DNA of 59,951 nucleotides, taken from IMG/VR virus record IMGVR_UViG_3300030104_001479, positions 1-59,951 of that record; one strand, 5' to 3'. Within the stretch, counting starts at the first letter, position 1, and the number at the start of each line of letters is the position of its first letter. Under the pieces are notes generated by a model, which was not told where the DNA came from, ran no database searches, and saw only the letters and a list, made by a program, of their open reading frames with translations. The position numbers and the translations under genes were made by a program. The DNA comes from a virus. Lineage: Duplodnaviria; Caudoviricetes. Below, piece after piece: positions 30,721 to 39,793 of this stretch.

Positions 30721-31177
30721 TGCTTTCCCTTTGCGGAGGGGGGATGTTAAACCCCATCTCCGCTGCCGTCCTTATTAAAGTTTCAATTAAGCTGCTAAAC
30801 TCCTGCTTAGTTGTGTTGCTACTCCTCTTGTTAGGACGCTTGCGCCATCCAAACTTTGTCTCGACTTCAATGGTTCCAAAGGTTTGAAACAACATCTCGT
30901 TATGCATTTCATCTGGAGTCATGCCACAAAACTCAGCAAACTCCCTGTTCCATTTTCTGTAGTAACTTTCCTGAGACCGTGTCCTAGCAACCTTATTACT
31001 CAGAGTAACGTATAAGCTGTCCTTATCCTTTAACACTTTTTGTAGCTTAGCAATAGTGTTTGAGTCAAAGTTATGAGCAACTATGCATTCAATCGAGTTA
31101 ATTAAAAGCTTGCTGTCAGTAGGATTGCTTGACCTCAAGTAGTTATTAAGATGAAAAGTAAACTTGTCATTTGTCAT
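30686..31177 (-). CDS. NinB/YbcN-like recombination protein
   Basis: RTRSQ..Y..W, GMTPDEMH and SSNTTKQEFS motifs; recombination context. Confidence 0.55.
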   Translation of the reverse strand: MTNDKFTFHLNNYLRSSNPTDSKLLINSIECIVAHNFDSNTIAKLQKVLKDKDSLYVTLSNKVARTRSQESYYRKWNREFAEFCGMTPDEMHNEMLFQTFGTIEVETKFGWRKRPNKRSSNTTKQEFSSLIETLIRTAAEMGFNIPPPQRESNGEETKDTSRV

Positions 31178-31490
31178 TGAGGATGTCCTGTTCATAGCGT
31201 CTTATCAAGGTTTGGATAATGCAATAAAGAAATTGCTCAGACTGGTCTATCTGTCTGAGATACTTCGTTGACATAGAGCTAAACTCGTAGTTGTCAAACT
31301 TCTGATGACAAGAGACACACAGGTCTGCCACACAAAGATCGTGTGGCTTCTCTGCTTTACCCTTACCTAACAAGCTTGCTCTGAGTCCTTGATAGTGTGC
31401 TGCGACTACAGTGTCATCCTTGACACCACAGTTCACACATCTCTGTCCTTTAGCAGCGTTCAGTAGTTTCTTGCTTCTGATGTTAGCCAT
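31167..31490 (-). CDS. YbcO/DUF1364-like Zn-binding nuclease
   Basis: RSKKLLNAAKGQRCVNC..TVVAAH..KPHD..LCVSCH. Confidence 0.75.
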   Translation of the reverse strand: MANIRSKKLLNAAKGQRCVNCGVKDDTVVAAHYQGLRASLLGKGKAEKPHDLCVADLCVSCHQKFDNYEFSSMSTKYLRQIDQSEQFLYCIIQTLIRRYEQDILNDK

Positions 31491-31492
31491 GA

Positions 31493-31849
31493 CTAGAAGG
31501 GTATATCATCATAAGCATCTACTGGTGGAGGAGGCTCTGAGGGAGGCTCAGGCTCACGCCTACGTTGAGGCTGCTGTTGCTCCTCTCCATCCTCAGGGGT
31601 GTAGGTCACTGCCTCAATCTGTACACCAAAGTAAGTATTGCTGTCACCCTGCTTTTCCCAAAGGCTCACACCAATCCTTGGTTCAACGCCTTCTGTCCTA
31701 AGTGCTGTCACCAGATGTTTCAGAAACTCATCGGTGACTTGTACCTGATACTTTCCTCTCTGACTGTAATCAGGATGGTTGTCTGCTTTCTTGTAGTCAT
31801 TGTGATAAATGTTACCCCTGATCTTCGGGCCGTATTTCTTCATTTCCAT
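31493..31849 (-). CDS. Putative single-stranded DNA-binding protein
   Basis: HPDY motif, Pro-rich linker and acidic C-terminal DDIPF tail. Confidence 0.7.
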   Translation of the reverse strand: MEMKKYGPKIRGNIYHNDYKKADNHPDYSQRGKYQVQVTDEFLKHLVTALRTEGVEPRIGVSLWEKQGDSNTYFGVQIEAVTYTPEDGEEQQQPQRRREPEPPSEPPPPVDAYDDIPF

Positions 31850-32672
31850 CTTTAGCTTCCTCCTCTTCGGCTTTTTCTGCTAATTGTGTGAATTCTTCTT
31901 TCATTTGTTTAAAAATTTCTGGGTATTCTTTCTCTAGCTTATCAATGCCTTTTTTGTTTGCCCTCCATATTTCCCTGACCGAATCTGATGTCTTTCTTGT
32001 TTTGAAACTTTCTTCTGCCCAACCGAGTATCATATCTAAGTAAACTTTGGGGTCACCTTCCCAAGGTTGATCTTCATCTTTTTTAGGTGCTTCAGGCTGC
32101 TTCTTTTTAGGAGCTGCCTTAGGCTCAGGCTCGACAGCGTCAACATCTGGTAAGTCCTCACCAGTAAAAAGCTGTATGCCAAGACCGAACAGTGCTGCAC
32201 ACTTAACGAAGCATCGCTTCTCCGTTTTATTAATCTGTTGTGCGTTAGGATTTCTAACAGCGTTCATCTTGTTGTCCATTACATATAGACGCTCTGTTCT
32301 AACTAACCTGTGCTTGGTGACGTTTTTAGTCTCAGGACAGGTCTCGGCATGAGTGTAAATGCTTAACCTGCATTGGACAGTCATAGTCCCATCGTCATAA
32401 GTAATTGGGTCTAGATATTCCAGTGTAAAATCAGGATAGGTTTGCAACAAAAATTCCCAGACATGAGTCCATGATAAAAAATCAGGCTGAAAGCTATTGC
32501 TTACCTTTTTCTTTTCTACCATTGGTTTGATGTCCTGACATTTAAGATGCATATAAACCTTTTTATACGCCTCATCTAGTGTCGCCTCTTCCGAAGACAC
32601 TTCTACTGCTTTAACGTCATCTCTGAAATTTCTATCTTTATAATCGTCAGCAGTCATATCGTTATCACTCAT
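31812..32672 (-). CDS. Sak/Rad52-like single-strand annealing protein (DUF1071-like)
   Basis: FLSWTHVW, YVMDNKMN..INK..RCFVKCAALFGLG..GEDLP. Confidence 0.8.
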   Translation of the reverse strand: MSDNDMTADDYKDRNFRDDVKAVEVSSEEATLDEAYKKVYMHLKCQDIKPMVEKKKVSNSFQPDFLSWTHVWEFLLQTYPDFTLEYLDPITYDDGTMTVQCRLSIYTHAETCPETKNVTKHRLVRTERLYVMDNKMNAVRNPNAQQINKTEKRCFVKCAALFGLGIQLFTGEDLPDVDAVEPEPKAAPKKKQPEAPKKDEDQPWEGDPKVYLDMILGWAEESFKTRKTSDSVREIWRANKKGIDKLEKEYPEIFKQMKEEFTQLAEKAEEEEAKDGNEEIRPEDQG

Positions 32673-32889
32673 GGGTTCCTCCCTCTTTTGTTTTGTTTAA
32701 GGTATTAATAATTTCATTGGCATCCATCGTAAAAAACAACGCTGTATCCATCGAAGTTTTCTTTGGAGGGAAACCTGCTTGTAAATGTACTTGGTCTCCA
32801 GTGATGGAGAACTTAAAGTTATCGACAACTCTAGCTATACCTATACATTTTTCGTAGATAGCTTTGTCATCTGCGGGGTTGTACTTCAT
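32665..32889 (-). CDS. Hypothetical protein
   Basis: 74 aa, coupled to neighbours. Confidence 0.6.
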   Translation of the reverse strand: MKYNPADDKAIYEKCIGIARVVDNFKFSITGDQVHLQAGFPPKKTSMDTALFFTMDANEIINTLNKTKEGGTHE

Positions 32890-33806
32890 TTTGACTCCTT
32901 TTCATATTGATCACACCACTCGTTAACGCCACACCAATTAGCAGTGCATCTAGTCTTATCCCCTGCTCTGCGTACTAAGGTAAGGTCTGTGCCTTTCATA
33001 TACTTCTGCGCTTCTGACAGATCATCAAAGACTCTCGTAGCTCGCTTCGCAGTTCCTTTGTGTAACGCAAACTTCTCAGGCTTAGCCCATTGCTCCTTCT
33101 CACTACAGGCGGGTAACCTACCACCAGTTAAGTAAGCGTATTCGGCTTCGTCATGCAGAGCTATGCGTTCCTCCATGTACCTGTCTTGTTCTTCAGTAGA
33201 CCAAGTCGGTATGTCGATTACCATTATGGGAGCTTTAGGATAATTACCACCGTTACGCTTGAGATCGTTTTCTTTCCAATCTCTTAGCACAGCAATTATC
33301 TGTAACTTGTTAACAGCATAGTCTGGGAAGTATCTGTGTTCCTCTTCAAGAGGATCAGGTTCCATCTCAGTATGACGCAACAGCCATGCGTAAGCATTAA
33401 GTTGATTGTGCCATTCTTGTTTCTCATAAATGACAGACCACACACTGGTGCATTTGTAATCGCTGACAGTAATGGTCTTTGCTTTGTCGTTTACCTCGAC
33501 AAGATCAATAGCTCCAGAAATTCTCCATCCACCATCATGAGAAGTGAACCACCGTTGTTCAGAAATGAAATCAGTATCCTCAGCTCCCTTCTCGAACATA
33601 TTGTGAACAGCAGTTCCTAATACGCTCCAGAGCTTCTGAGAGACATCCTCAGACATTTCTTCGTCATGTTGCCTGCGTAGCACACTGATGCGAGGGGAAT
33701 CGATTAGCTGCGTTACAGAGCGGTTGCTTTCTCCTCTGTCATAAGCATCATGACTAAGAGACTTCACCACAGGTTCAGGTAAATTATATTTATTGGTTAC
33801 TTTCAT
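32886..33806 (-). CDS. PD-(D/E)XK exonuclease (Cas4/RecB-like)
   Basis: GTAVH, SGAIDL, DYK, QLNAY, C-terminal Cys cluster. Confidence 0.8.
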   Translation of the reverse strand: MKVTNKYNLPEPVVKSLSHDAYDRGESNRSVTQLIDSPRISVLRRQHDEEMSEDVSQKLWSVLGTAVHNMFEKGAEDTDFISEQRWFTSHDGGWRISGAIDLVEVNDKAKTITVSDYKCTSVWSVIYEKQEWHNQLNAYAWLLRHTEMEPDPLEEEHRYFPDYAVNKLQIIAVLRDWKENDLKRNGGNYPKAPIMVIDIPTWSTEEQDRYMEERIALHDEAEYAYLTGGRLPACSEKEQWAKPEKFALHKGTAKRATRVFDDLSEAQKYMKGTDLTLVRRAGDKTRCTANWCGVNEWCDQYEKESK

Positions 33807-34141
33807 TTAACTCTGAAAACTCGAAACGAATTTTCTGTTTCAGGATTTTTTACAACACTAAAAAACTTATCAGTGTTCTGATTGTTTTCTCTTGTTGCTC
33901 TGCCCCGAAGAGACATTTCATCTCTCTTTGTCCCTAAGTCGTGAACGACAAAGCTGTCACCCATTTCCATTTTTGCAAAAGGCAGATCATCCCATCTGCG
34001 TTGATTAGTAACAGAGCTAGGAACCTCCAAGCCCTTTTCGATTTGATACTTTTCTTCAGACATCATTAGTTCTCCATTGTGATTTATTTCGGCTTTACCT
34101 TCTTCAATAAGCCCAATAACATACTGTCCCATCTTACTCAT
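33803..34141 (-). CDS. Hypothetical protein
   Basis: GGAGG RBS before ATG 34141; LPFAKMEMGDSF motif. Confidence 0.65.
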   Translation of the reverse strand: MSKMGQYVIGLIEEGKAEINHNGELMMSEEKYQIEKGLEVPSSVTNQRRWDDLPFAKMEMGDSFVVHDLGTKRDEMSLRGRATRENNQNTDKFFSVVKNPETENSFRVFRVK

Positions 34142-34160
34142 AACGATTCCTCCCAATGCG

Positions 34161-34189
34161 AGGATAGGGACTGACCCTCAATATGTCAA
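34161..34189 (-). promoter_or_regulatory. sigma70-type promoter for the leftward recombination operon
   Basis: TTGACA (34189-34184) N17 TATCCT (34166-34161) on the - strand. Confidence 0.75.
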
Positions 34190-34560
34190 CAAGTCTTGAA
34201 GTTTATAAAGGAATAATTTATGGTGAGCCTGCAAGTAAGGCGAACAGTAGAAAGATAGTTATGTTCGGTAAACGTCCTGCAATTATCAAGAGTCAGAAAG
34301 CAAGAGACTACGTTAAAAACTTTGAAAAACAATGTCCTAAATTAGATACACTCGTTACAGATGATTTAGTCGTAGAGATAACAATTTTTTATGGCAGTCG
34401 CAGACCTGATTTAGATGAAAGTGTGATACTCGATTGTATGCAAGGATTCATCTACAAGAACGACAGACAGGTAAAAAAGAAAATAATTAACTGGGGGCTG
34501 GACAGGGATAATCCACGAGCAGAAATTAAAGTTTATCTGCTTGAAGAGGATAAAGGTTAA
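34183..34560 (+). CDS. rusA: RusA-like Holliday junction resolvase
   Basis: GEPASKAN, RPDLD..ILD, NDRQV, NPRAEI. Confidence 0.8.
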   Translation: MSTSLEVYKGIIYGEPASKANSRKIVMFGKRPAIIKSQKARDYVKNFEKQCPKLDTLVTDDLVVEITIFYGSRRPDLDESVILDCMQGFIYKNDRQVKKKIINWGLDRDNPRAEIKVYLLEEDKG

Positions 34561-34562
34561 GG

Positions 34563-34769
34563 ATGAAAAAAGAGAAAGATGCATTGAGAGAAGTAATAGT
34601 CCATGACACTAAACAGTTTTTAGAAAGGGGAGGGCAAATAACAAAAGTACCAAGGGGTCTTGGCAGGGATGTGGTGAAGTTAAAAAGGAGTACAAGTCAG
34701 GGTAGAAATAAATTCATTTACGAGGAGAACACGTTTAATTATGACAGCGCATACCATCGCAAGTCATAA
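34563..34769 (+). CDS. Hypothetical protein
   Basis: 68 aa, FLERGGQITKVP motif. Confidence 0.55.
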   Translation: MKKEKDALREVIVHDTKQFLERGGQITKVPRGLGRDVVKLKRSTSQGRNKFIYEENTFNYDSAYHRKS

Positions 34770-35046
34770 CGGTTACTTGCGTTTATGTAGAGCGCAAATC
34801 TATGCCGCAATAGAAGACTTGCACGATAAGAAGCATAAAAAATCAGCCCTTACATTTTTCTTGAGTGACAATTTCAGATTGTGCTGTAAAGCTTGTGGGT
34901 TTAATTACAGATCAATCATTGATGTTGTATACGAGATGAGTAAACTAAACACAATTCAAAAGAAAGTTCGGGGTCAACAATTAATTAAAGAATTAAGGGG
35001 TCAGAATGTCAGCAGCAGTGGAGGAGGTAGTCGGAAGGCTAACTGA
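34741..35046 (+). CDS. Hypothetical protein
   Basis: 101 aa, GAGGAG RBS. Confidence 0.55.
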   Translation: MTAHTIASHNGYLRLCRAQIYAAIEDLHDKKHKKSALTFFLSDNFRLCCKACGFNYRSIIDVVYEMSKLNTIQKKVRGQQLIKELRGQNVSSSGGGSRKAN

Positions 35047-36733
35047 AAGTTGTAGGATTGTGTGTCCATTATGTTCAGAGACACGTAAAAAGAAAAACGA
35101 TAGAAGCTTAAGTGTCACGGTTAAATCAGACGTTACTCTGTATAACTGTCATCACTGTAACGCAGAGGGAGGGGTACAAAGAAAGTCTTATTCTCCACCC
35201 ATCTCACGCCAACGACAAAAAGTCACTGTGCCTAAAACCACAGACTTATCCTTGATTGGTGAATATCTAGAATCAAGAAATATTAATCCGCTGTTAGCTG
35301 AGAAGTATGGCTTGGCATCTGCTCCGAGAATGTTTAGGGAGTTTGGTGAACAGGACGCTATCGGCTTTGTATACGACAGGGATAGTGATGAGAGGGCTGT
35401 GAAGTGGCGTAGTCTCAAGAGTAAAGCTTGGACGCAACAAGGAGCAGCTCGCACATTTTATGGGATTGAATTTGTAGAGGATAACCCAGACACGCTAGTC
35501 ATCTGTGAAGGTGAGATGGATGTACTGGCATTAGCTACCGCAGGTATCACGGCAGTGTCCTGTCCTAACGGTGCGCCAAGCAAGGTTAGCAATCGGAAAG
35601 TACATCCTGAAGAGGACAAGAAGTTTAGTTATCTGTGGGAAGAGCGAGAGCTGCTAGAAAAAGTAGAGAAGATAGTTCTAGCTACAGACGATGATCCCGC
35701 AGGCGAGGCATTAGCTGAGGAGTTAGCTCGAAGGATACCTGACGGTAGAGCTAAGTGTTGGCGTGTGCATTACCCCAGAGGATGCAAAGATAGCAACGAT
35801 GTGTTGATGAACCACAGCCCAGAGAAGCTTAAGCATTGCATTGAGAACCCTACTCCGCTCCCACTGAAAGGTATCTACACAGCTCAGGAATACATGGGTG
35901 CTGTAGAGGACATCTATTCTAAGGGGCTCGGAGGCGGTGTAAGCACTGGTATTAAAAGTCTGGATGATTTGTTCACCATTGCAGCAGGTCAGCTCAGTGT
36001 CGTTACAGGACTACCAAGCAGTGGTAAATCAGAATTCGTTGACCAGTTAATGGTAAACCTAGCGATGAGAGAGAGTTGGAAATTTGCAGTAGCAAGCTTC
36101 GAGAATCCACCGCACTTCCACATCAGTAAACTGGCTGAAAAGATAACTGGCAAAAGCTTCCATCAAGGCTCAACTAATCGCATGAGCAAACAAGAAATGA
36201 AAGAGGCTTACGATTTCATCAACGATCATTTCGTATTTTTGGATAACAAAGATGGTGTGGTGAGTAGTGTGGAATCAATCATTGCTCGGTGTAAGGCGAG
36301 CATCCTGAGGATGGGTGTGAGAGGTTTGGTGATCGACCCTTATAACTTTATTGAGCAGGGTGAGGGTGAAGAGCATTTATCTATTAACGCGATGCTGACA
36401 AAAATAACGACCTTTGCCAAAGCTCATGATCTACACGTTTGGTTCGTAGCACATCCGACCAAGGTCTATCCGAACGACAAGGGAGAATATCCAGTCGTTG
36501 GCGGTAACCACATCAGTGGCTCTGCTGCATGGTTTGCGAAAGCTGACGTAGGCATCACAGTGCATAGAAGTGATGAGTCAACTGACATTCATTGTTGGAA
36601 GATGCGTTTCAAGTGGTTAGGTAAACAGGGAGCAGTCCCTTTGTCCTACGATGTGGTCAGTGGTAGATACTCTGACTATGTAGATCAAACGTATGCAGGA
36701 GTCTCAGAAGGACACTGGAGTGATGACTTTTGA
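35006..36733 (+). CDS. Primase-helicase (T7 gp4/Twinkle-like)
   Basis: CPLC..CHHC zinc finger, TOPRIM CEGEMD/DDD, Walker A GLPSSGKS, IDPY, VAHP. Confidence 0.92.
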   Translation: MSAAVEEVVGRLTESCRIVCPLCSETRKKKNDRSLSVTVKSDVTLYNCHHCNAEGGVQRKSYSPPISRQRQKVTVPKTTDLSLIGEYLESRNINPLLAEKYGLASAPRMFREFGEQDAIGFVYDRDSDERAVKWRSLKSKAWTQQGAARTFYGIEFVEDNPDTLVICEGEMDVLALATAGITAVSCPNGAPSKVSNRKVHPEEDKKFSYLWEERELLEKVEKIVLATDDDPAGEALAEELARRIPDGRAKCWRVHYPRGCKDSNDVLMNHSPEKLKHCIENPTPLPLKGIYTAQEYMGAVEDIYSKGLGGGVSTGIKSLDDLFTIAAGQLSVVTGLPSSGKSEFVDQLMVNLAMRESWKFAVASFENPPHFHISKLAEKITGKSFHQGSTNRMSKQEMKEAYDFINDHFVFLDNKDGVVSSVESIIARCKASILRMGVRGLVIDPYNFIEQGEGEEHLSINAMLTKITTFAKAHDLHVWFVAHPTKVYPNDKGEYPVVGGNHISGSAAWFAKADVGITVHRSDESTDIHCWKMRFKWLGKQGAVPLSYDVVSGRYSDYVDQTYAGVSEGHWSDDF

Positions 36734-37116
36734 GTAGAACCTTAGTGGTTGAGGCAGGCATTGTTCCAAGAGCCAAAGCGATGGATCAATGTGTGGTTGA
36801 TGTGTTGTTGCTCGGAGAGCTGATCACGATTAGGCAGCATCAGGCTGCTGAGTATTTTATGGACATATGTGCTAAGTCACAGATGTACGTCCGTAGCTAC
36901 AGCTATGATAGTATGCCTGCCTCAGCAGGCACAGTAAGAAAAGACAAGGTGTACTACTTTCCTTACTCAAGACTAATACGATCAATCAATGAAAAGCTAT
37001 CGAGAGAACACAGCACGATATTGCATGAGGTTGTGATACATGATGTTTATCCTGAACGAAACATGGATAAGTTATCAGAGTGTTTGGATTTTATCTCAGA
37101 GGTGAGATGGAGATGA
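36730..37116 (+). CDS. Hypothetical protein
   Basis: 128 aa, TTG start overlapping the helicase stop. Confidence 0.55.
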   Translation: MSRTLVVEAGIVPRAKAMDQCVVDVLLLGELITIRQHQAAEYFMDICAKSQMYVRSYSYDSMPASAGTVRKDKVYYFPYSRLIRSINEKLSREHSTILHEVVIHDVYPERNMDKLSECLDFISEVRWR

Positions 37117-37310
37117 ATGAAATTGTTTCTGGGCCAGTATCAGCAGTACCGTTAACTACTACGCATAAGAAAGTAGAGCAGACGGTTGTTGATACGCCAG
37201 AGCCAAATCAAAAGAGAGTTATTCAGGAAGTGACTGTCGTTGATACCTACGACTGGAGAGGGAATAAATCTTCAGCGACTAAAGTGCATACGCTCAGTTG
37301 GTTGGTTTAA
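37113..37310 (+). CDS. Hypothetical protein
   Basis: ATGA-coupled, 65 aa. Confidence 0.5.
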   Translation: MNEIVSGPVSAVPLTTTHKKVEQTVVDTPEPNQKRVIQEVTVVDTYDWRGNKSSATKVHTLSWLV

Positions 37311-37394
37311 ATGGCGTGATGAGGGATAAGCAAGGAGTCGCAGTGAGTTTCTGCATTCGTGGGGACTTATCACTCTTAAACGGTGTCACGCCAT
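37311..37394 (+). other. Long stem-loop at a convergent gene junction (terminator or small RNA)
   Basis: ATGGCGTGAT/GTCACGCCAT and GAGGGATAAG/CTTATCACTC nested stems. Confidence 0.55.
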
Positions 37395-37420
37395 CACCGC
37401 TCAACCATCCCCCACTAGAT

Positions 37421-37606
37421 TTAATCTAGAAACTGCACCTCCCATACTAACATGGATATTTGATCTCCGTACTTTAATCGTTGTTGTTGAAGAAAATCAG
37501 ATACTTTGTTTTCAATGTGATTCACACCTCTGCCCTTCACCTGAAAAGCAAATACCTTCTTCGCCCCGTTATTTAAATTAAATTTTACCTTAGCGTTCCC
37601 CGTCAT
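37421..37606 (-). CDS. Hypothetical protein
   Basis: 61 aa, last gene of the early operon. Confidence 0.55.
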   Translation of the reverse strand: MTGNAKVKFNLNNGAKKVFAFQVKGRGVNHIENKVSDFLQQQRLKYGDQISMLVWEVQFLD

Positions 37607-37786
37607 TTAAGCCACCCCTAGCTTGGACTGCAAAGCATGAAGAGCTTCGAAGTCCCTAGACAAAATGTAAGAGGGACGGTTACCCATCGCCCCGTTATTT
37701 AACGCCTCCTCAACTTCAAGTTTGGCGATTTTGACAAGCTGAATCAAAATGATTAGCTCGTCCTGTGTAAGTTCAACATTATTCAT
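37607..37786 (-). CDS. Hypothetical protein (59 aa, not in ORF track)
   Basis: MNNVELTQDELIILIQ...KLGVA*; exactly fills the gap between neighbours. Confidence 0.6.
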   Translation of the reverse strand: MNNVELTQDELIILIQLVKIAKLEVEEALNNGAMGNRPSYILSRDFEALHALQSKLGVA

Positions 37787-38073
37787 TAGTGCAAATTCCT
37801 CTTCTGTGGTTTTCTGTCTTCAATGTTAAGTCTGTCAGCCTCGTTCATCGCTGAGAATATTTCCCACCCCTCTCGGAGCAAGCGAAAGAAATCTAATTTC
37901 CTCATGCCTGCTCTGACTGATGCAGTGAGCAGGGCATTGGAAAGTCCGATGATGACAGCAATAGCATTGGGATTATTATGTTTGCGTAATGCGTTAAGGA
38001 TAACCTGTTCTATGGCCTCGGCTTCCTCGGTAGTGCATTTCATTTCGTATCTTTCTTGCTCCTCGTCAGTCAT
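37786..38073 (-). CDS. Hypothetical protein
   Basis: 95 aa, GAGGAGG RBS. Confidence 0.6.
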   Translation of the reverse strand: MTDEEQERYEMKCTTEEAEAIEQVILNALRKHNNPNAIAVIIGLSNALLTASVRAGMRKLDFFRLLREGWEIFSAMNEADRLNIEDRKPQKRNLH

Positions 38074-38237
38074 GAGATAGCCTCCTCGACATACCTCTTA
38101 GCCTGCTCTAGCTCCTCAGGTGTACAGACAGAGCGTAAGTAATCCGTTAGTTCAATGGCTGCATCCACCCTGCTTGATGGTGCGGTGTGAGCAAGCAAGA
38201 GCGCCTGCTTTAGTAGGTCTAAGTTTGTAAGGGTCAT
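38070..38237 (-). CDS. Hypothetical protein (55 aa, not in ORF track)
   Basis: AAGGAGG RBS; MTLTNLDLLKQALLL...EEAIS*. Confidence 0.65.
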   Translation of the reverse strand: MTLTNLDLLKQALLLAHTAPSSRVDAAIELTDYLRSVCTPEELEQAKRYVEEAIS

Positions 38238-38267
38238 GTGACCTCCTTAATGGTTGATGGGTTACGG

Positions 38268-38627
38268 TTAGTAATATTTAAAAGCGTCAATCTCACCATT
38301 GTCATTGTGTACAGTGTGGAATTGATTTAACGCTTGGATGATTGTGTTGATGGCATTGATAGTCTTTTCATTTTCTTCGTTCTCAATGTTGTCCCTCAAC
38401 CGCAGCCCTAGTGACAAGTCAGGGTCTGTTTCACCCTTCTCACCCCATAGGTGTGTGATAGCGTCATGTACTTTTCCTTCCAAATAGTCGTCCAGAAAAG
38501 AAGCATTGGTGTATGCTTCAATTTGTTCTACAACTTCTTCAGGGTCGTAAGGGACAGGATTTTCGCAAGCACCTTCCCCAAAAGCCAGACTGTAAATTTC
38601 TTTCTTGAATTTTTCGTTATTCATCAT
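38268..38627 (-). CDS. Hypothetical acidic protein
   Basis: 119 aa, AAGGAG RBS. Confidence 0.6.
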   Translation of the reverse strand: MMNNEKFKKEIYSLAFGEGACENPVPYDPEEVVEQIEAYTNASFLDDYLEGKVHDAITHLWGEKGETDPDLSLGLRLRDNIENEENEKTINAINTIIQALNQFHTVHNDNGEIDAFKYY

Positions 38628-38644
38628 CGTTCTCCTTTGGTTGA

Positions 38645-39793
38645 TTATTTTATGGTTACACTGTCCCCAAATTCTCCTGCTGAGAAGTCAGGGGTAGTGT
38701 GTGTAGTTGCCCATAGCACTGGGTAGTCAGGCTCAGTCACGTTGACCTGTCCTATACCGTCAGTGAAATAGACTAGGCAGTCAGTCTCTATCTCTTCATC
38801 AGCGATGTACTTAAAGACAGGGTCAAAGCGAGTACCTCCACCGCCTACAGGATTAATGTCTAGCTCAATAGGTGAAGCACCTGTAGTGCGACAGAAAGTG
38901 TTTCTCTCCCTCACTCTAGTGTCGCAGTAGATTATCTCTACTGTGCTAGGGTTAAGAGCCTGCACCGCGTTATTGATGTGAGCCTTGATCATTCCTGTTA
39001 GCTCCTCAGTGAGCGAGCCAGAGGTATCCCAAGCAAACACGAGGTTAAACTCTGGGTCTCGTGTAGCAGCAGGCAGGATGTGACCAGTGTGCAACAGCCT
39101 ACGGTCAGGTGTGTTGAAGCTAGAGCGAGAGGTCATGTACTGAGTAACCCACTGAGCGAGCTGCTCATACCATGCGACTGCGTCAATCTTGTTGACCTCT
39201 AATGCTTCTCTGACCGCAGCATCTACCTCACCAATACCGACACGCTGCTCTGCGTCCATAGCTTCAGACACAGTAGACTGAGCCTTCATCTCTTCAGAGG
39301 CTTTCTCAGACTCTGTGAGAGGCTCGCCGTCATCGTTAGTGGCATCCCAGACCTCACCTACCAGAGGGTCAGAGCCTGCGCTAGGATCGTCCTCCTCGTC
39401 CTCTGTGGGGAGCTTGTTGTATATCTGCTCGGCAGTCATACCTTTGTACTGCTCATCGAACAAGCCACCCTCAGGCAGGCGGAATACGCCAGACTCTACG
39501 AGTATCCAATTAATGGCATAGTCGCAGGCTTTGTTCCATCTGGCCTGATCTCTACCGTTACGCCTCAGGTGATGACAGAAGGCAACGTGCAAGACCTCAT
39601 GAGCAATGACAGACATGATCTCGATAAGCTCAAGGGTAGCTACCCAAGCAGGGTTGTAGTAGATAGCCTTGCCATCAGTAGCCATAGTCTCAGTCTCTTC
39701 GGTCTCGATATACTCAAGGTTAAGAGCGAGGCTTGCAAAGAATGCATGACGCACTAACAGCATCGACTTAGCTCTAGCAATTAGGTTACCCAT
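38645..39793 (-). CDS. DUF2201-like metallopeptidase + VWA domain protein
   Basis: TMATDG, HEVLH, WNKACDYAIN, MIDAS DTSGS, GGGGT, YFTDG. Confidence 0.85.
   Translation of the reverse strand: MGNLIARAKSMLLVRHAFFASLALNLEYIETEETETMATDGKAIYYNPAWVATLELIEIMSVIAHEVLHVAFCHHLRRNGRDQARWNKACDYAINWILVESGVFRLPEGGLFDEQYKGMTAEQIYNKLPTEDEEDDPSAGSDPLVGEVWDATNDDGEPLTESEKASEEMKAQSTVSEAMDAEQRVGIGEVDAAVREALEVNKIDAVAWYEQLAQWVTQYMTSRSSFNTPDRRLLHTGHILPAATRDPEFNLVFAWDTSGSLTEELTGMIKAHINNAVQALNPSTVEIIYCDTRVRERNTFCRTTGASPIELDINPVGGGGTRFDPVFKYIADEEIETDCLVYFTDGIGQVNVTEPDYPVLWATTHTTPDFSAGEFGDSVTIK

Noticed and set aside
37311-37394. tRNA gene
   Set aside because: No T-loop GTTCRA, no cloverleaf spacing and no CCA end
37561-37702. 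16-bp direct repeat TCGCCCCGTTATTTAA (37561 and 37687) as an att site
   Set aside because: Both copies are inside small ORFs (encoding LNNGA) and no integrase is present; likely a local duplication or chance
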